A stretch of 39,494 bases of DNA, from positions 1 through 39,494 of the IMG/VR virus record IMGVR_UViG_3300005805_000194; one strand, written 5' to 3'. A program made the position numbers and the translations under genes. This DNA is from a virus. Lineage: Duplodnaviria; Caudoviricetes. The notes under the pieces are model-generated. The model saw nothing but the letters and a program-made list of their open reading frames with translations, did no database searches and had not been told where the DNA came from. Below are positions 26,601 through 33,472 of the stretch, in pieces. Position 1 is the first letter of the stretch, and every line of letters begins with the position of its first letter.

Positions 26601-28576
26601 AATCTAGATTGTTATTTGGTGATGGCACAACTAGATTCTTTGATATTGGATTAGATGTATTAGAAAATAATTCAGTAATAGTATATGTTGACAAAATAAA
26701 ACAAATGCCAGCCACTGATGATTCAGTAATGAATTACAGTATTGATCTTGTAACCAAACAAGTAGAATTTGTAGAACCTCCTGCAGATGGAGCAATGATT
26801 GAAATTCTTGCTATTGGCATTGGCGGTATTTCTTTATTAGATTATCAAGAATTTGTTGCAGACGGTACTACAAAATTATTCTTAACTTCTGCAAACTATT
26901 ATGATACATCATCAATATTTGTAACAGTTAATGGTGAAGTGGTAGATATAGATTTCATTAACAGTACAGGAACAGTTGATGCCACAGACAAAGTTTTAGT
27001 AAGATTCCCTTCAGATTTGGCCTTTAGAGATATAGTTAAGATCATCTGCCTTGGTTCAAGTTCGGATGTAGATTCTACAGGATTATCAATAGTTCGAGTT
27101 AACAATCAAACATTTGAATTTGAAGGTAGTACCAGAACATTTACATTAGACAATTTTGTAAGTTTATCAAGAGGTGCTGATGCTGCATCGATGATAGTTG
27201 ATGTTAATGGTAGCATATTACGAGGAGTTGATACAACCTATGTAACTTATGATGGTGTAACCAATCAATTTGTATTAGGTATAGATCCAGAAGAGCCATC
27301 AGGTGCTATTTTAAATACCAACATTCGAGTGTTTGTTAACGACATACAAAAAACCATTATTCAAGACTACAGCTATGATGGTACTACAAAAATATTAACA
27401 ATCAAACCATCAGTTTTAACGACAGGTGATAAAATTAAGATTGAAAATGATTTAAGAGCAGAATATCGAATCATTGGTAATGACCTAGTTATCGATTCAT
27501 CAGTAACATTATCTTCAACAAATGAAACTGACAATGAATTAATTAATGTTACATGGTTTAGCGAATACCCATCGATGAGTATTGTAACAGATGAATATAC
27601 AGGCGGAAAAATTAATTACAATTTCAGTCAACTGCCCTTAGATGCTAATTATGTATGGATATATAAAAATGGAGTGCGTTTAGTTAAAGATATCGATTAT
27701 ACAGTTTCTTTACCAAGAGGAGTATTTTATCTAACTGAATTCACAACAGATGCAGACATAATCAAAGCAGTAGTATTTGGTACGGGTATATGGAAATTGC
27801 CAAGTGCTTACGAAATACACAAGGATATGTTAAATGTATATCAATTTAAGAGATATGCGTTAGGAGAAGTTACATTAGCTAAAGATCTTGCTTACTACGA
27901 TACCACAATGACAGTAAGCGATGCGAGTTTATTAGCAGATCCAATAACAAGCAGAAATGTTCCAGGCATTATTGAAATTAACGGTGAAAGGATTGAATAT
28001 CTAGTTAAGACTGGTAATGTGCTTTCTCAACTTAGAAGAGGTACATACGGTACAGCTATTGCAGAATTACATCAAACAGGTACTAATATTGTTGATGTAA
28101 GTATTACACAATCTATACCTTATGCTGAAGATCAAGAACGTGTTGATTTTGTCAGTGACGGTAGTACACTACTAATAGGACCGATAGGATTTGTTCCTGC
28201 AAAATCAACTAGACGATCTACTTGGTATAGAAATTCAATACCAGCAACATACGGACCTTGCGACCAGATCGAAGTATTTGCAGGCGGTACTAGACTAAGA
28301 AAAGACCCTATAACAATATATGACGAAACATTAGGATCAAGTAGTCCTAGTGCTGATAAGCAAGTAGAAGCAGAATTTTCAGTAGACGGAACCACTGCTT
28401 ATATAAGATTAAGTTCAGTAGTACCTGCTGGAACAAGGATTTCTATCATTAAAAGAACAGGAAAATCTTGGTATGATCGCGGTAATACAACCGCTACATC
28501 CGGCGTAACACTGTTTGATAATAGGTCAGCTATTGCTAAATTCATAGCTGAAAGGACAACTAAATTACCCGAATAA
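14651..28576 (+). CDS. Giant 4641-aa baseplate wedge/virion structural protein (gp7-position) with FG-GAP propeller and CBM5/12-like modules
   Basis: Uninterrupted 13.9-kb ORF directly after gp6. Contains FG-GAP blades, W/Y..Y..GD.V.Y....W modules, GSGYT..PTV repeats and a C-terminal INGERIEY...LRRGTYGT motif. Confidence 0.8.
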   Translation: MANDKFPKSGLPIRKTVDLLPATFRTETNDKFMSAVVDPLVQPGVLEKTVGYIGRRFGKTYGGTDVYLDSDETLRSRYQLEPAVVIKDNNGNIDKLYDYIDFKNQLKFFGNNVERDDLTTAQEHFAWNPPKHCDKYVNFLECYWIPEGPPPVDVFGQSDKIVTQYQVTLGATGNSYIFSPDGFTNNPTLTFYRGATYKFRVICPQEGLVIRSNYDTGSLLLNPNRAYQPGELAVYDNKLWKAKVFVAPGDGSSIDADSQDWEFVEDATSTSVLDYNDGVTNNGVENGFMDFTVPYNAPDVLYYQSKVTPDRFGRIIIADIESNTFVDVEKEIIGKATYTSGNGIKFTTGLIVEFKGNVTPKKYAKGRWVIENVGAQINVVNWDDLIIPRLAKDVPEVTFDDGGFDTGPFDDATAYPSEKDYLIISRDSIDLNPWTRYNRWFHRAVLDYAYGIRGQEFTAPEEARAKRPIYEFLAGLQLFNHGRIAKETVDYIDTYTDDVLSKIEGSGGYSVDGQELFEGARLLVVADTDTLTNNKIYEVQFILHNGRTQIHLAETEDTVSKEGECVLIRRGNTNQGLMYHFNGTAWVKSQEKTKVNQPPLFDVYDEDGVSFSDTTKYPDSTFAGSEIVGYKVNPNGVPDPELGIPLTFLNIDNIGDVVQHFNWDTDTFTYRDGNNVITKRIATGYYYLDPTGGYGGWGNGWTPLSSKYTMPILDSVKITSSTNTFTIDTVDWSLLPNDDEFAIRFYLNGIIYKGPYVRDQGTFTFTEKTFKENDIITIKVVADIEPKSGYYQIPLGLEKNPLNAPVAQWTLGQAADHLNSGLDFNPYWTGVVPGLNDLRDIPFDEFGQPWNTYSTRYLHHSGITPLAITLLCDKTTNIVKSLQYAKKSYTDFKNNFVAKAIELPYNENIANFVDDIISNLSRTKNTNSPFADSDMIGSGAYTAIKYTVEDTGIKTFALSERFVLDELSRRAVYVYLNGTQLLHAKDYEFNGIFGFVNILKSLNENDLIEIREYVSTASCHIPPTPSTLGLYKKYTPMKFVDDTYREPKEVIQGHDGSITIAYGDFRDDLLLELEYRIYNNIKQEYNAKVFDIDVTVGGYYGNALFNKDELNDVINPEFLKWVQNTNINYTLNEYFVEYEPFTYTYSNMSDPTGTQNLPGWWRGVYRWFYDTDRPHRCPWEMLGFTEQPTWWEATYGAAPYTSNNLILWEDLRDGYVRQGTRAGRYDRYKRPSLMSHLPVDADGKLLSPLDSGLARDFVLLNNRGSFTLGDVSPVEYAWRSSSEWPFAMAIAMCLLKPFDFIANSFDRYSTVKNKLNQTINKTTGTFVTLEDLIVPDTTGEQTAGLVNYLVSYIKSKNLSLDILNKNIKNLSVQLSTRLSGFVDKEQQKYLLDTKSPKSATSGIFIPPENYDIVFNVSSPVKSLTYSGVLLEKTEGGWITNGYDDVLPYFGYYEPLVSQGDPLISVGGVSENFVEWESEYRYSNGQIVLYKNDFYRANITHQSSTEFVLANWKKLPKLPLTGAVEAFKRREFNKTRIKKLSYGSKLTTLQQVVDFLLGYEEYLKDQGFIFDNYDTENQVSQDWTTSCKEFMYWTKHNWALGSIIALSPAAEKVHASVTVGVAENIIDGFYDYQVLKDDGKPLPVANINVNRTFQNITIETTNTTEGIYFIKLYYVLKEHITVFDDITVFNDVIYDKPTGYRQDRIKSVGFRTIDWDGDYTSPGFLFDNVNIQVWQPFTDYRLGDIVSYRSYNWTSLKNQLGTEEFDDTKWTKLDSTPTKQLVPNFDYRINLIEDYYDITSDGIGVTTTALSRHATGYQSRLYLENLSEDMVTQYQLYQGFIREKGTNNAITKVFNKLSRAEDAAVVLKEEWAFRVGRLGGVNQLREIEFTIDKDEFQLNPQPVLISTTIPSVTIDQYYRINEAGFTIKPIPYDVNINPTSADAEPTKTAGYVKLDQVEFIVKTRDDILNLDISEFYENDHVWITFDSFTWNVLRLNESPVLTIVSLSRSGTDVVIALNRRHDFVVDDIIGIKNVLNLTGFFKITSVGLETVTVKIASTTQDPQLDDSTVTNVHLFTETRFASYGALDPQEAALLPNGSRIYIDNNGSDLWEVIKKKKQYSGKNIVQYGTSAPLYTGTEVVWNDKLKQALVGIPGTGYVMAYLETEAGLSLRQIIAPEPGLESNVIGSFGSAIAVSPDSRFLIIGAPGASGIESDYQGDYSPIRSYLVGDIVLYAGKLWKAVKDTVGDGSTVNVYTEDWEPAVSIPAFSSGRSTGDTSQGMISIYEWSNQQWEIKNSFVSPRPANNEQFGSDITIGVSGTTYYMAVSAKGSLENRGRVYLYVYDGIEWKHLENQNYRGIYAPAGTYNPITGVYNPVGTTFYPQESVVWWDSALWEAQADNYADGSTLSIDSADWKKLDPISTQCSLPQNISLNDDGSTLAMGLLNPNQLAELVKQGDQFGHSLTMSRDGNILVVGSPNSDSQYFANYKGIWRPDIEYVEGDVVRYVDPSFVTPGFDSQEDRMYSYYRLDQRLGDPADSTTRSYNELPDAGTPWINIGDSSSLPSGKVYIYQRSTYGTYELKQTINADSLPEINDLDSGNTIINSGDQFGWALDIDYSGTSLVVSSPRSDINLQNQGSAYIFRTDGFAEPQYRLKQKLESFERFPNEYFGQSVSITPGAEKIVIGAKNSPFVFLTRFDTVLGTTFDQGRTRFSDIQGYAGGVYVFENKNDTYFLTEKLETDLSPYESFGYSVDATTSIILVGSPDYQEPTIENAIFSFTGPKIGMARLFKKSASLDSWEILASRNPVVDISKIKSIAMYDDVNNVKIQDLDYVDQAKLKILNPAEKELKFKTPYDPAVYSIGTDELIVDPTQAWKELHVGELWWDISKAKWLYYEQGDVSYRTGNWNTLAEGASIDVYEWVQSILLPSEWAAVADTNEGVAEGISGQPLYPNDDVYAIKELYNENTGQLSGTLYYYWVKNKTIVPENKVGRSISAATVASYINNPSGTGIAFLSIIDADKFLFHNVHSILSVDTASVNIQYVKNDSRLNPIHNEYLLLTEGVADSLPNEKIEAKWIDSLAGQDVAGNRVPDPKLPAKQKYGLEIRPRQSMFVDRLPILETVVTNINTVLSKEAFADTINFTNLNLVDEIPNELLNLYDVTVDTYEDLVSVGTTRIRQAVLSVNIIDGEIDTIDVVSTGFGYKVPPPVEFEGDGVGATATATLDNQGRVVSITVNTRGKKYTTAIAKIRNFSVLVVSDSTARDFWSIYAWDDVRQVFFRSRSQAYDTRRYWSLVDWWKEGYDPTSRITREIGVVSEEQEPTLGIETGDLIRVKEFASGGWAVFEKLDVPENSGFAEQWLQVGRQNGTLKISEDLYRINNVGVGFDNTLSFDTALYDIENSLELRNILKAVKEDIFIGDYRVEWNQLFFSCVRYSFAEQQYIDWAFKTSFLNATHNVGALEQKLSYKNDNLESFQEYINEVKPYRTTVREYVSRYDTVEDTPTVMSDFDSPAFYSVSEGKIVPVTASNEQINSYPWKWWLDYQGYSIISIKVSDQGSGYTSAPTVYIEGNGTGATARAYISNGKVAGVEMLTTGSGYTKLPTISLVGGNASNSNRATAVAVLGESKVRTFNLSIKFDRVSKTGFYTEFTQTETITAPGSQAVFNLTYAPSRDKSKISILKNGLLMLSDEYIISLYISTSDTYSALKGKVTFTTPPAKGDVITVNYEKNDELLDSVNRIEKYYSPANGMKGKDLGQLMTGIDFGGVQIQGTTFDVTGGWDALPWFTDNWDSVESSADYYHVCDGSTTSVILPFTPADSQQITIYLKRAGTAVIPSIDDLAYSESIPESATVRIDDPFYDAIDDSSTSSNPTAQMPTFIGDGINKEVVIGAYVQTNPGDILIFRPLESDGSVTITDTNLLDTKLSGGSLASMSGAYATANGTTAEEISIDGDKFISPDQVPAPEENVPGQVLDSLSIRVFNNTRSGAAPLQSRLLFGDGTTRFFDIGLDVLENNSVIVYVDKIKQMPATDDSVMNYSIDLVTKQVEFVEPPADGAMIEILAIGIGGISLLDYQEFVADGTTKLFLTSANYYDTSSIFVTVNGEVVDIDFINSTGTVDATDKVLVRFPSDLAFRDIVKIICLGSSSDVDSTGLSIVRVNNQTFEFEGSTRTFTLDNFVSLSRGADAASMIVDVNGSILRGVDTTYVTYDGVTNQFVLGIDPEEPSGAILNTNIRVFVNDIQKTIIQDYSYDGTTKILTIKPSVLTTGDKIKIENDLRAEYRIIGNDLVIDSSVTLSSTNETDNELINVTWFSEYPSMSIVTDEYTGGKINYNFSQLPLDANYVWIYKNGVRLVKDIDYTVSLPRGVFYLTEFTTDADIIKAVVFGTGIWKLPSAYEIHKDMLNVYQFKRYALGEVTLAKDLAYYDTTMTVSDASLLADPITSRNVPGIIEINGERIEYLVKTGNVLSQLRRGTYGTAIAELHQTGTNIVDVSITQSIPYAEDQERVDFVSDGSTLLIGPIGFVPAKSTRRSTWYRNSIPATYGPCDQIEVFAGGTRLRKDPITIYDETLGSSSPSADKQVEAEFSVDGTTAYIRLSSVVPAGTRISIIKRTGKSWYDRGNTTATSGVTLFDNRSAIAKFIAERTTKLPE

Positions 28577-28579
28577 ATA
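28571..28579 (+). promoter_or_regulatory. Late promoter GAATAAATA overlapping the stop codon of the giant gene
   Basis: TAAATA at 28574-28579, 4 nt before ATG 28584. Confidence 0.65.
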
Positions 28580-28583
28580 CACT

Positions 28584-29243
28584 ATGGAACCAAAAGAGAC
28601 TAACATGCCAGAAAATAAAAATCAACAAGTAGAAGCTCGTCCTAACGAAACTGGAGGATTCCATTTCGAAGGACACATTAAGATTTTTGACCCAGAAACC
28701 AACGAAGTTTTTGTAAACAAGCGTAATGCGATACATTATGAAAACATGTCAGTTGCCATGGTAAATGCTCTGTCAAATCAAGGTCAAGGTACGATATATG
28801 AAATGGTATTTGGCAACAGCGGAAGTGTAGTAGATCCTACAGGACTTATTACCTATCTAACACCTAATACAGTGGGTGCTAATTCTAGTTTATATAATCA
28901 AACCTACAAAAAAGTAGTTGATCAAAACAGTATAAACAACATAGATCCTATTAGAAACAAGATGGAAATCCGACATATCAGCGGAGCTACTTACAGTGAT
29001 ATTTTAGTTAGTTGTTTAATTGACTACGGTGAACCATTAGAACAAGAAGCATTCGATAACAGCGTTGATTTAAGTGGAACATTTGTATTTGACGAGCTTG
29101 GATTACGTAGTTACAATCCAAACGGTGATGGAAAATTATTGACTCATGTTATTTTCCACCCAGTACAAAAATCTTTAAACAGACTTTTACAGATTGATTA
29201 CACAATACGTATACAAAGTTTAACTGGTTTCACAGAGGTATAA
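28584..29243 (+). CDS. Baseplate-associated virion structural protein
   Basis: Beta-rich 219 aa (GHIKIFD...FVFDELGL...LLTHVIFHPVQKSLNR) between the wedge and fibre genes. Alternative start at 28605. Confidence 0.6.
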   Translation: MEPKETNMPENKNQQVEARPNETGGFHFEGHIKIFDPETNEVFVNKRNAIHYENMSVAMVNALSNQGQGTIYEMVFGNSGSVVDPTGLITYLTPNTVGANSSLYNQTYKKVVDQNSINNIDPIRNKMEIRHISGATYSDILVSCLIDYGEPLEQEAFDNSVDLSGTFVFDELGLRSYNPNGDGKLLTHVIFHPVQKSLNRLLQIDYTIRIQSLTGFTEV

Positions 29244-29246
29244 TAG

Positions 29247-31538
29247 ATGCCATATAATGTAGAGTTTACAGATAAGAATAATAAATCACCGATAACGGTG
29301 TTTGATAATACATCTAGTACTGATACTTCATTGATATTTCCTGGACGTAACGTAACAGGTTACGGTCAAATCATTGCAGAAAACTTTTTACATCTGCTAG
29401 AGAATTTTGCCAGTTCAACAGAACCAGTAAATCCAGTAGAAGGTCAGTTATGGTATGACAGCACCAATGGTGTATTACAGATCTGGGATAATGTAAGTTG
29501 GAAAGCAGCATCAGGAATACAAAAAGGTCCTTCAGAACCAAGTGTAACTACAGCGAAAGTTGGAGAACTATGGATCGATACTACCAATCAACAATTACGT
29601 ATTTTTACAGGAACACGTTGGATTTTAGTAGGTCCCAGTGAAAGTTCTATAGATGGTCTACGTTATGGACCGTCAGTTGAAAAAATTGTTGACAGCGATA
29701 ACAATGACAGATATGTTTTGATATTCTATCTCAAGGACGTTCCGGTTATTGTATTCAGTAAAGACAGCTTTACTCCTAAAATCAGCATTTCAGGATTTAC
29801 ATATATTAAATCGGGGCTGAATGTAAACGTTCCTGCTACTTCAACAGAGATTGCACAATTTGAAGGTGGGTATCTTCCAAAATTAGTCGGTATTGCAGAA
29901 TCAGCAGATGCTCTTAATATTTCAGGGGTTCCAGTTGCCTCTGGTAAGTTCTTGAGAACAGACACGATCAATACTACAGAATTCCCTATTAATATCAGAA
30001 GCAATAGTGGTATTACCTTAGGTAGTGATGGTACATTTCTTTTGTCATCCTCAACAACCGCAGCAAAAATTTACAATTCAGCGAGTGGTAGCAGTATTGA
30101 TCTACAGGTAAACAGAAATGGAGTACCAAGTACCACATTGCGTGTGATCAATGATAAAGTTGGTATTAACACAGCAGCACCAGATTATGAATTACAGGTT
30201 ACCGGCTCAATAGCAGCATCGGATTCTTTAATTGTATTAGGTACAACAGAAAGTACAAATCTTAGCAATGGTAGTGTTAGAATTAATGGCGGAGCATCGA
30301 TCAAGAAAAACCTATTAATAGGAAGTGGATTAGATGTTACAGGAGTTACCCAAACTAACGAAATACAACCTAAAACTAACGACACATATGATAATGGTAC
30401 ATCGACCAAACGCTGGAAAACTGTTCGTGCTAAAACAGTTATAGCAGACGAAATACAAGGTGTTCTTACAGGTAATATCGGAGGAAATGCTAATACTGCA
30501 ACCAGTTTGAAGAATGTAACAACATTCCAACTAGCTGGCGACGTTATTAGTCCTGCGGTAGCATTTGATGGTCAGACAGGTAGTTATACAAAGATTTTTA
30601 ATACTTCATTGACAGCAAATATTATATCAGGTAAGAATGAACCATTTCCAAATGTTTCTACGGCGTCTGACTATGTGTTGACATACAGAGCTAGTGAAGC
30701 CGCTACTGCTAGTTTAGGTTTATTAAAACAAACTAGAGATACATTTGTAGGTGACCTAGGAGTTCCGATAGGTGCTATTATTCCATTTGCAGGATCAACT
30801 GCACCAGCTGGTTATCTATTATGTGATGGATCAGAAGTTGAAAGAGTTAAATTTCCTAGATTATGGGATATTGTTGGATTCACATACAGCAAAACAAGAT
30901 TTTTAGGTATAGACATAGTTGTAGGTCAAACCTATGTAATTGAAGAATTAGGAACTATAGATTTTTCATTATATGGCCTCGATCCAACCACAAGTGCACC
31001 GGTAGTTAATGCGGTTAACGAAACTTTTGTCTGTATCGCAGTGCCACCGTCTGGCACAGGATCAGTATTCACAACAAACTTCAATGGTATTGGAACTTTC
31101 CGTCTACCAGATTTGAGAGGTCGTTTCCCTCTTGGTAAAGACAATATGGATAATTTAGGAACTGTTCCTAATAGTGTTGGAGGATATGTTGATGCTGGTG
31201 GAGGTAACGTTGATCGAGTACCAGATACTAAAGCTGACATTTTAGGTGAAGGTGCTGGCGCTAGTAATGTTTCATTACAATTATCAAATATCCCAGATCA
31301 TCAACACTCATTAGGAGTTGGGTCTACTCAATACAATACATTAAAAGTAGGTACTGGTCAATATTCACAATTAGGTACTACACCGTCTGCGGTGCAGATC
31401 AGTGGTACTAGCGGAACAAATATATCAAATACCACAGGAGCTATAGATACAACATCTTCTTTAGGAACAGCAATTGGTATTATGAATCCATATCTAACAA
31501 TTAATTATATTATTAGATCTGGTCCACCAGTATTTTAA
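29247..31538 (+). CDS. Tail fibre/baseplate protein with phage tail collar domain
   Basis: Shared N-terminal GRN..GYG....ENFLHLLENFA module; collar VPIGAIIPFAG...GYLLCDG...FRLPDLRGRFPLG; C-terminal MNPYLTINYIIR. Confidence 0.85.
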   Translation: MPYNVEFTDKNNKSPITVFDNTSSTDTSLIFPGRNVTGYGQIIAENFLHLLENFASSTEPVNPVEGQLWYDSTNGVLQIWDNVSWKAASGIQKGPSEPSVTTAKVGELWIDTTNQQLRIFTGTRWILVGPSESSIDGLRYGPSVEKIVDSDNNDRYVLIFYLKDVPVIVFSKDSFTPKISISGFTYIKSGLNVNVPATSTEIAQFEGGYLPKLVGIAESADALNISGVPVASGKFLRTDTINTTEFPINIRSNSGITLGSDGTFLLSSSTTAAKIYNSASGSSIDLQVNRNGVPSTTLRVINDKVGINTAAPDYELQVTGSIAASDSLIVLGTTESTNLSNGSVRINGGASIKKNLLIGSGLDVTGVTQTNEIQPKTNDTYDNGTSTKRWKTVRAKTVIADEIQGVLTGNIGGNANTATSLKNVTTFQLAGDVISPAVAFDGQTGSYTKIFNTSLTANIISGKNEPFPNVSTASDYVLTYRASEAATASLGLLKQTRDTFVGDLGVPIGAIIPFAGSTAPAGYLLCDGSEVERVKFPRLWDIVGFTYSKTRFLGIDIVVGQTYVIEELGTIDFSLYGLDPTTSAPVVNAVNETFVCIAVPPSGTGSVFTTNFNGIGTFRLPDLRGRFPLGKDNMDNLGTVPNSVGGYVDAGGGNVDRVPDTKADILGEGAGASNVSLQLSNIPDHQHSLGVGSTQYNTLKVGTGQYSQLGTTPSAVQISGTSGTNISNTTGAIDTTSSLGTAIGIMNPYLTINYIIRSGPPVF

Positions 31539-31551
31539 TTAGGTAAAAAAC

Positions 31552-33453
31552 ATGTCATATCAAATTAATAAAACAGACGGAACAGTTGTAGCAACAGTGG
31601 CAGACGGTCAGGTAGATACTTTATCTACTGATATAACACTTATTGGAAAAAATTATAGTGGGTTTGGTGAATCATTAAATGAAAACTTTGTCAAACTATT
31701 AGAAAACTTTGCTAACACAACACAACCGACACATCCTATCAAAGGACAAATTTGGTTTGACTCTAGTGAATTAAAATTAAAAGTTTATAGCGGTAGCGAA
31801 TTTATTCCTGTAAGTTCAGCAACAATTTCAGGAACACAGCCAACAACATTAGGAGTTGGTGACCTTTGGTTTAATAACGTTGACGAACAATTATTTTTCT
31901 TCGATGGCGATGCTCCTATTTTATTAGGACCTTCATATGCTGCTAGTCAAGGACTTAGTGGGTTAAAAGTTATTAGTTTACTAGACACTCTAAATCAAAC
32001 ACGTGTTATTACAGGATTATACAACAACGGAATCTTATTAGGTATATTTGCCAAAGATACTTTTACACCTAAAACAGCGATCGAAGGATTCACAGGAAGC
32101 ATTATTCCGGGATTCAATGCTGGGAATCTTGCAGGATTAAAATTTGCTGTGACCTGCACTAATTCAGAAAAATTAGGTGGATTAGCAGCGTCAACTTATG
32201 TATTGAATAATAATTCTGCTGGTACAGAATCAATTGCTGGTACCTTGGCGATCCTTTCAAACACTGGACTTGAAGTTGGGTCAGGAGGTCAAGCTAAATT
32301 TAGAGTAGAAACTGGAAATATTTTATTACAAAATACAGCAACAGGTAGAGATTTTAACGTTAGTGTACGTAAAGACACCAATCAAGAATTAGCCATTGAA
32401 ATTAAATCGACCACACGTGAAATTGGTCTATATGAGGATTATGCATCAAGTCAGGTTAATATTGGCGGAAATCTAACAGTTGGTGGCAATTTAACAGTCA
32501 GTGGTACGACCACTACAGTTAATTCTACAGTATTAGAAGTTGTTGATAAAAATATAGTATTGGCCAGCGGTAATAATACAGATGTTGCTGCTAGAGAGGG
32601 TGGCATTATCTTAGAAGGTGCAACCAAACACATTTTCATGTATGCCGATACTGATGTACCTGCTGTTCCAGGAAGTGGATTACCTGATTTAACAGGAGCC
32701 GGTGATACAGGTGCATGGAATAGTTCAGACCATATTAATCTGGCCACAGGTAAAGCATTTTACATTGATGGAGTTGAAGTTCTTAACGGTTCGTCATTGG
32801 GATTGGGAATTTCAAATATTCCAGGAGTAAACTCATTTGGTGTCTTGGTTCAACTTGAAGTCGGACCTGACGCACTCACTCCAAAGATCAATATAACCGA
32901 TAATATTATTTCAACAGCACAGACAAACATGAATTTGGTGTTAGCTCCAAACGGAACCGGAGTAGTTAATGTATCGAGTAAAAAGATTACAGGGTTACCA
33001 AACGGTGAAGGTGATGCCTACATAGCTTATTCAGCAGTTACTGATGCAGCCAGTGTGGGATATGTTAATTATGCTATTGAATCAAATACCATTGTATTCA
33101 GCATGGATTTAACAGACGGTAAAAATAACACATATATCCGTAATCAGATCTTAAATAATTTAGTACCACCAGCAGACCACAGAGAAGGTACTCGAGCTAA
33201 AATACTATGTACTGTACTAAACATAGCTTCAACGTCAATTAACCTCGGACCAACGTTTACTCCAGGATCGGGATATACATTAGGTGGACCTTTTGATGTA
33301 ACAGGCGGCGGTTCGGCCCCAGCAGTGACAGCAATATCTGTAGGATCTGTAACAGTGCCATCTCCAGGTGTTACTACGTCGAGAGAGATTAGAAGTTTTG
33401 TAATACTTAGTGGAGTATGGGCTGATGACGGTCCAGCTATACCATTACCATAA
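31552..33453 (+). CDS. Tail fibre-like virion protein, paralogue 2
   Basis: N-terminal GKNYSGFGESLNENFVKLLENFA...GQIWFD module; GNLTVGGNLTVSGTTTTVNST...VVDKNIVL fibre motif. Confidence 0.75.
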   Translation: MSYQINKTDGTVVATVADGQVDTLSTDITLIGKNYSGFGESLNENFVKLLENFANTTQPTHPIKGQIWFDSSELKLKVYSGSEFIPVSSATISGTQPTTLGVGDLWFNNVDEQLFFFDGDAPILLGPSYAASQGLSGLKVISLLDTLNQTRVITGLYNNGILLGIFAKDTFTPKTAIEGFTGSIIPGFNAGNLAGLKFAVTCTNSEKLGGLAASTYVLNNNSAGTESIAGTLAILSNTGLEVGSGGQAKFRVETGNILLQNTATGRDFNVSVRKDTNQELAIEIKSTTREIGLYEDYASSQVNIGGNLTVGGNLTVSGTTTTVNSTVLEVVDKNIVLASGNNTDVAAREGGIILEGATKHIFMYADTDVPAVPGSGLPDLTGAGDTGAWNSSDHINLATGKAFYIDGVEVLNGSSLGLGISNIPGVNSFGVLVQLEVGPDALTPKINITDNIISTAQTNMNLVLAPNGTGVVNVSSKKITGLPNGEGDAYIAYSAVTDAASVGYVNYAIESNTIVFSMDLTDGKNNTYIRNQILNNLVPPADHREGTRAKILCTVLNIASTSINLGPTFTPGSGYTLGGPFDVTGGGSAPAVTAISVGSVTVPSPGVTTSREIRSFVILSGVWADDGPAIPLP

Positions 33454-33472
33454 AGAACCAGGAGCGTTTTAG

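Noticed and set aside
14651-28576. Intein or stop-codon recoding as the explanation for the giant ORF
   Set aside because: No His-Asn followed by Cys/Ser/Thr junction and no LAGLIDADG motif seen. Genes are full length under the standard code, and TAG (gp5), TGA and TAA all act as stops.
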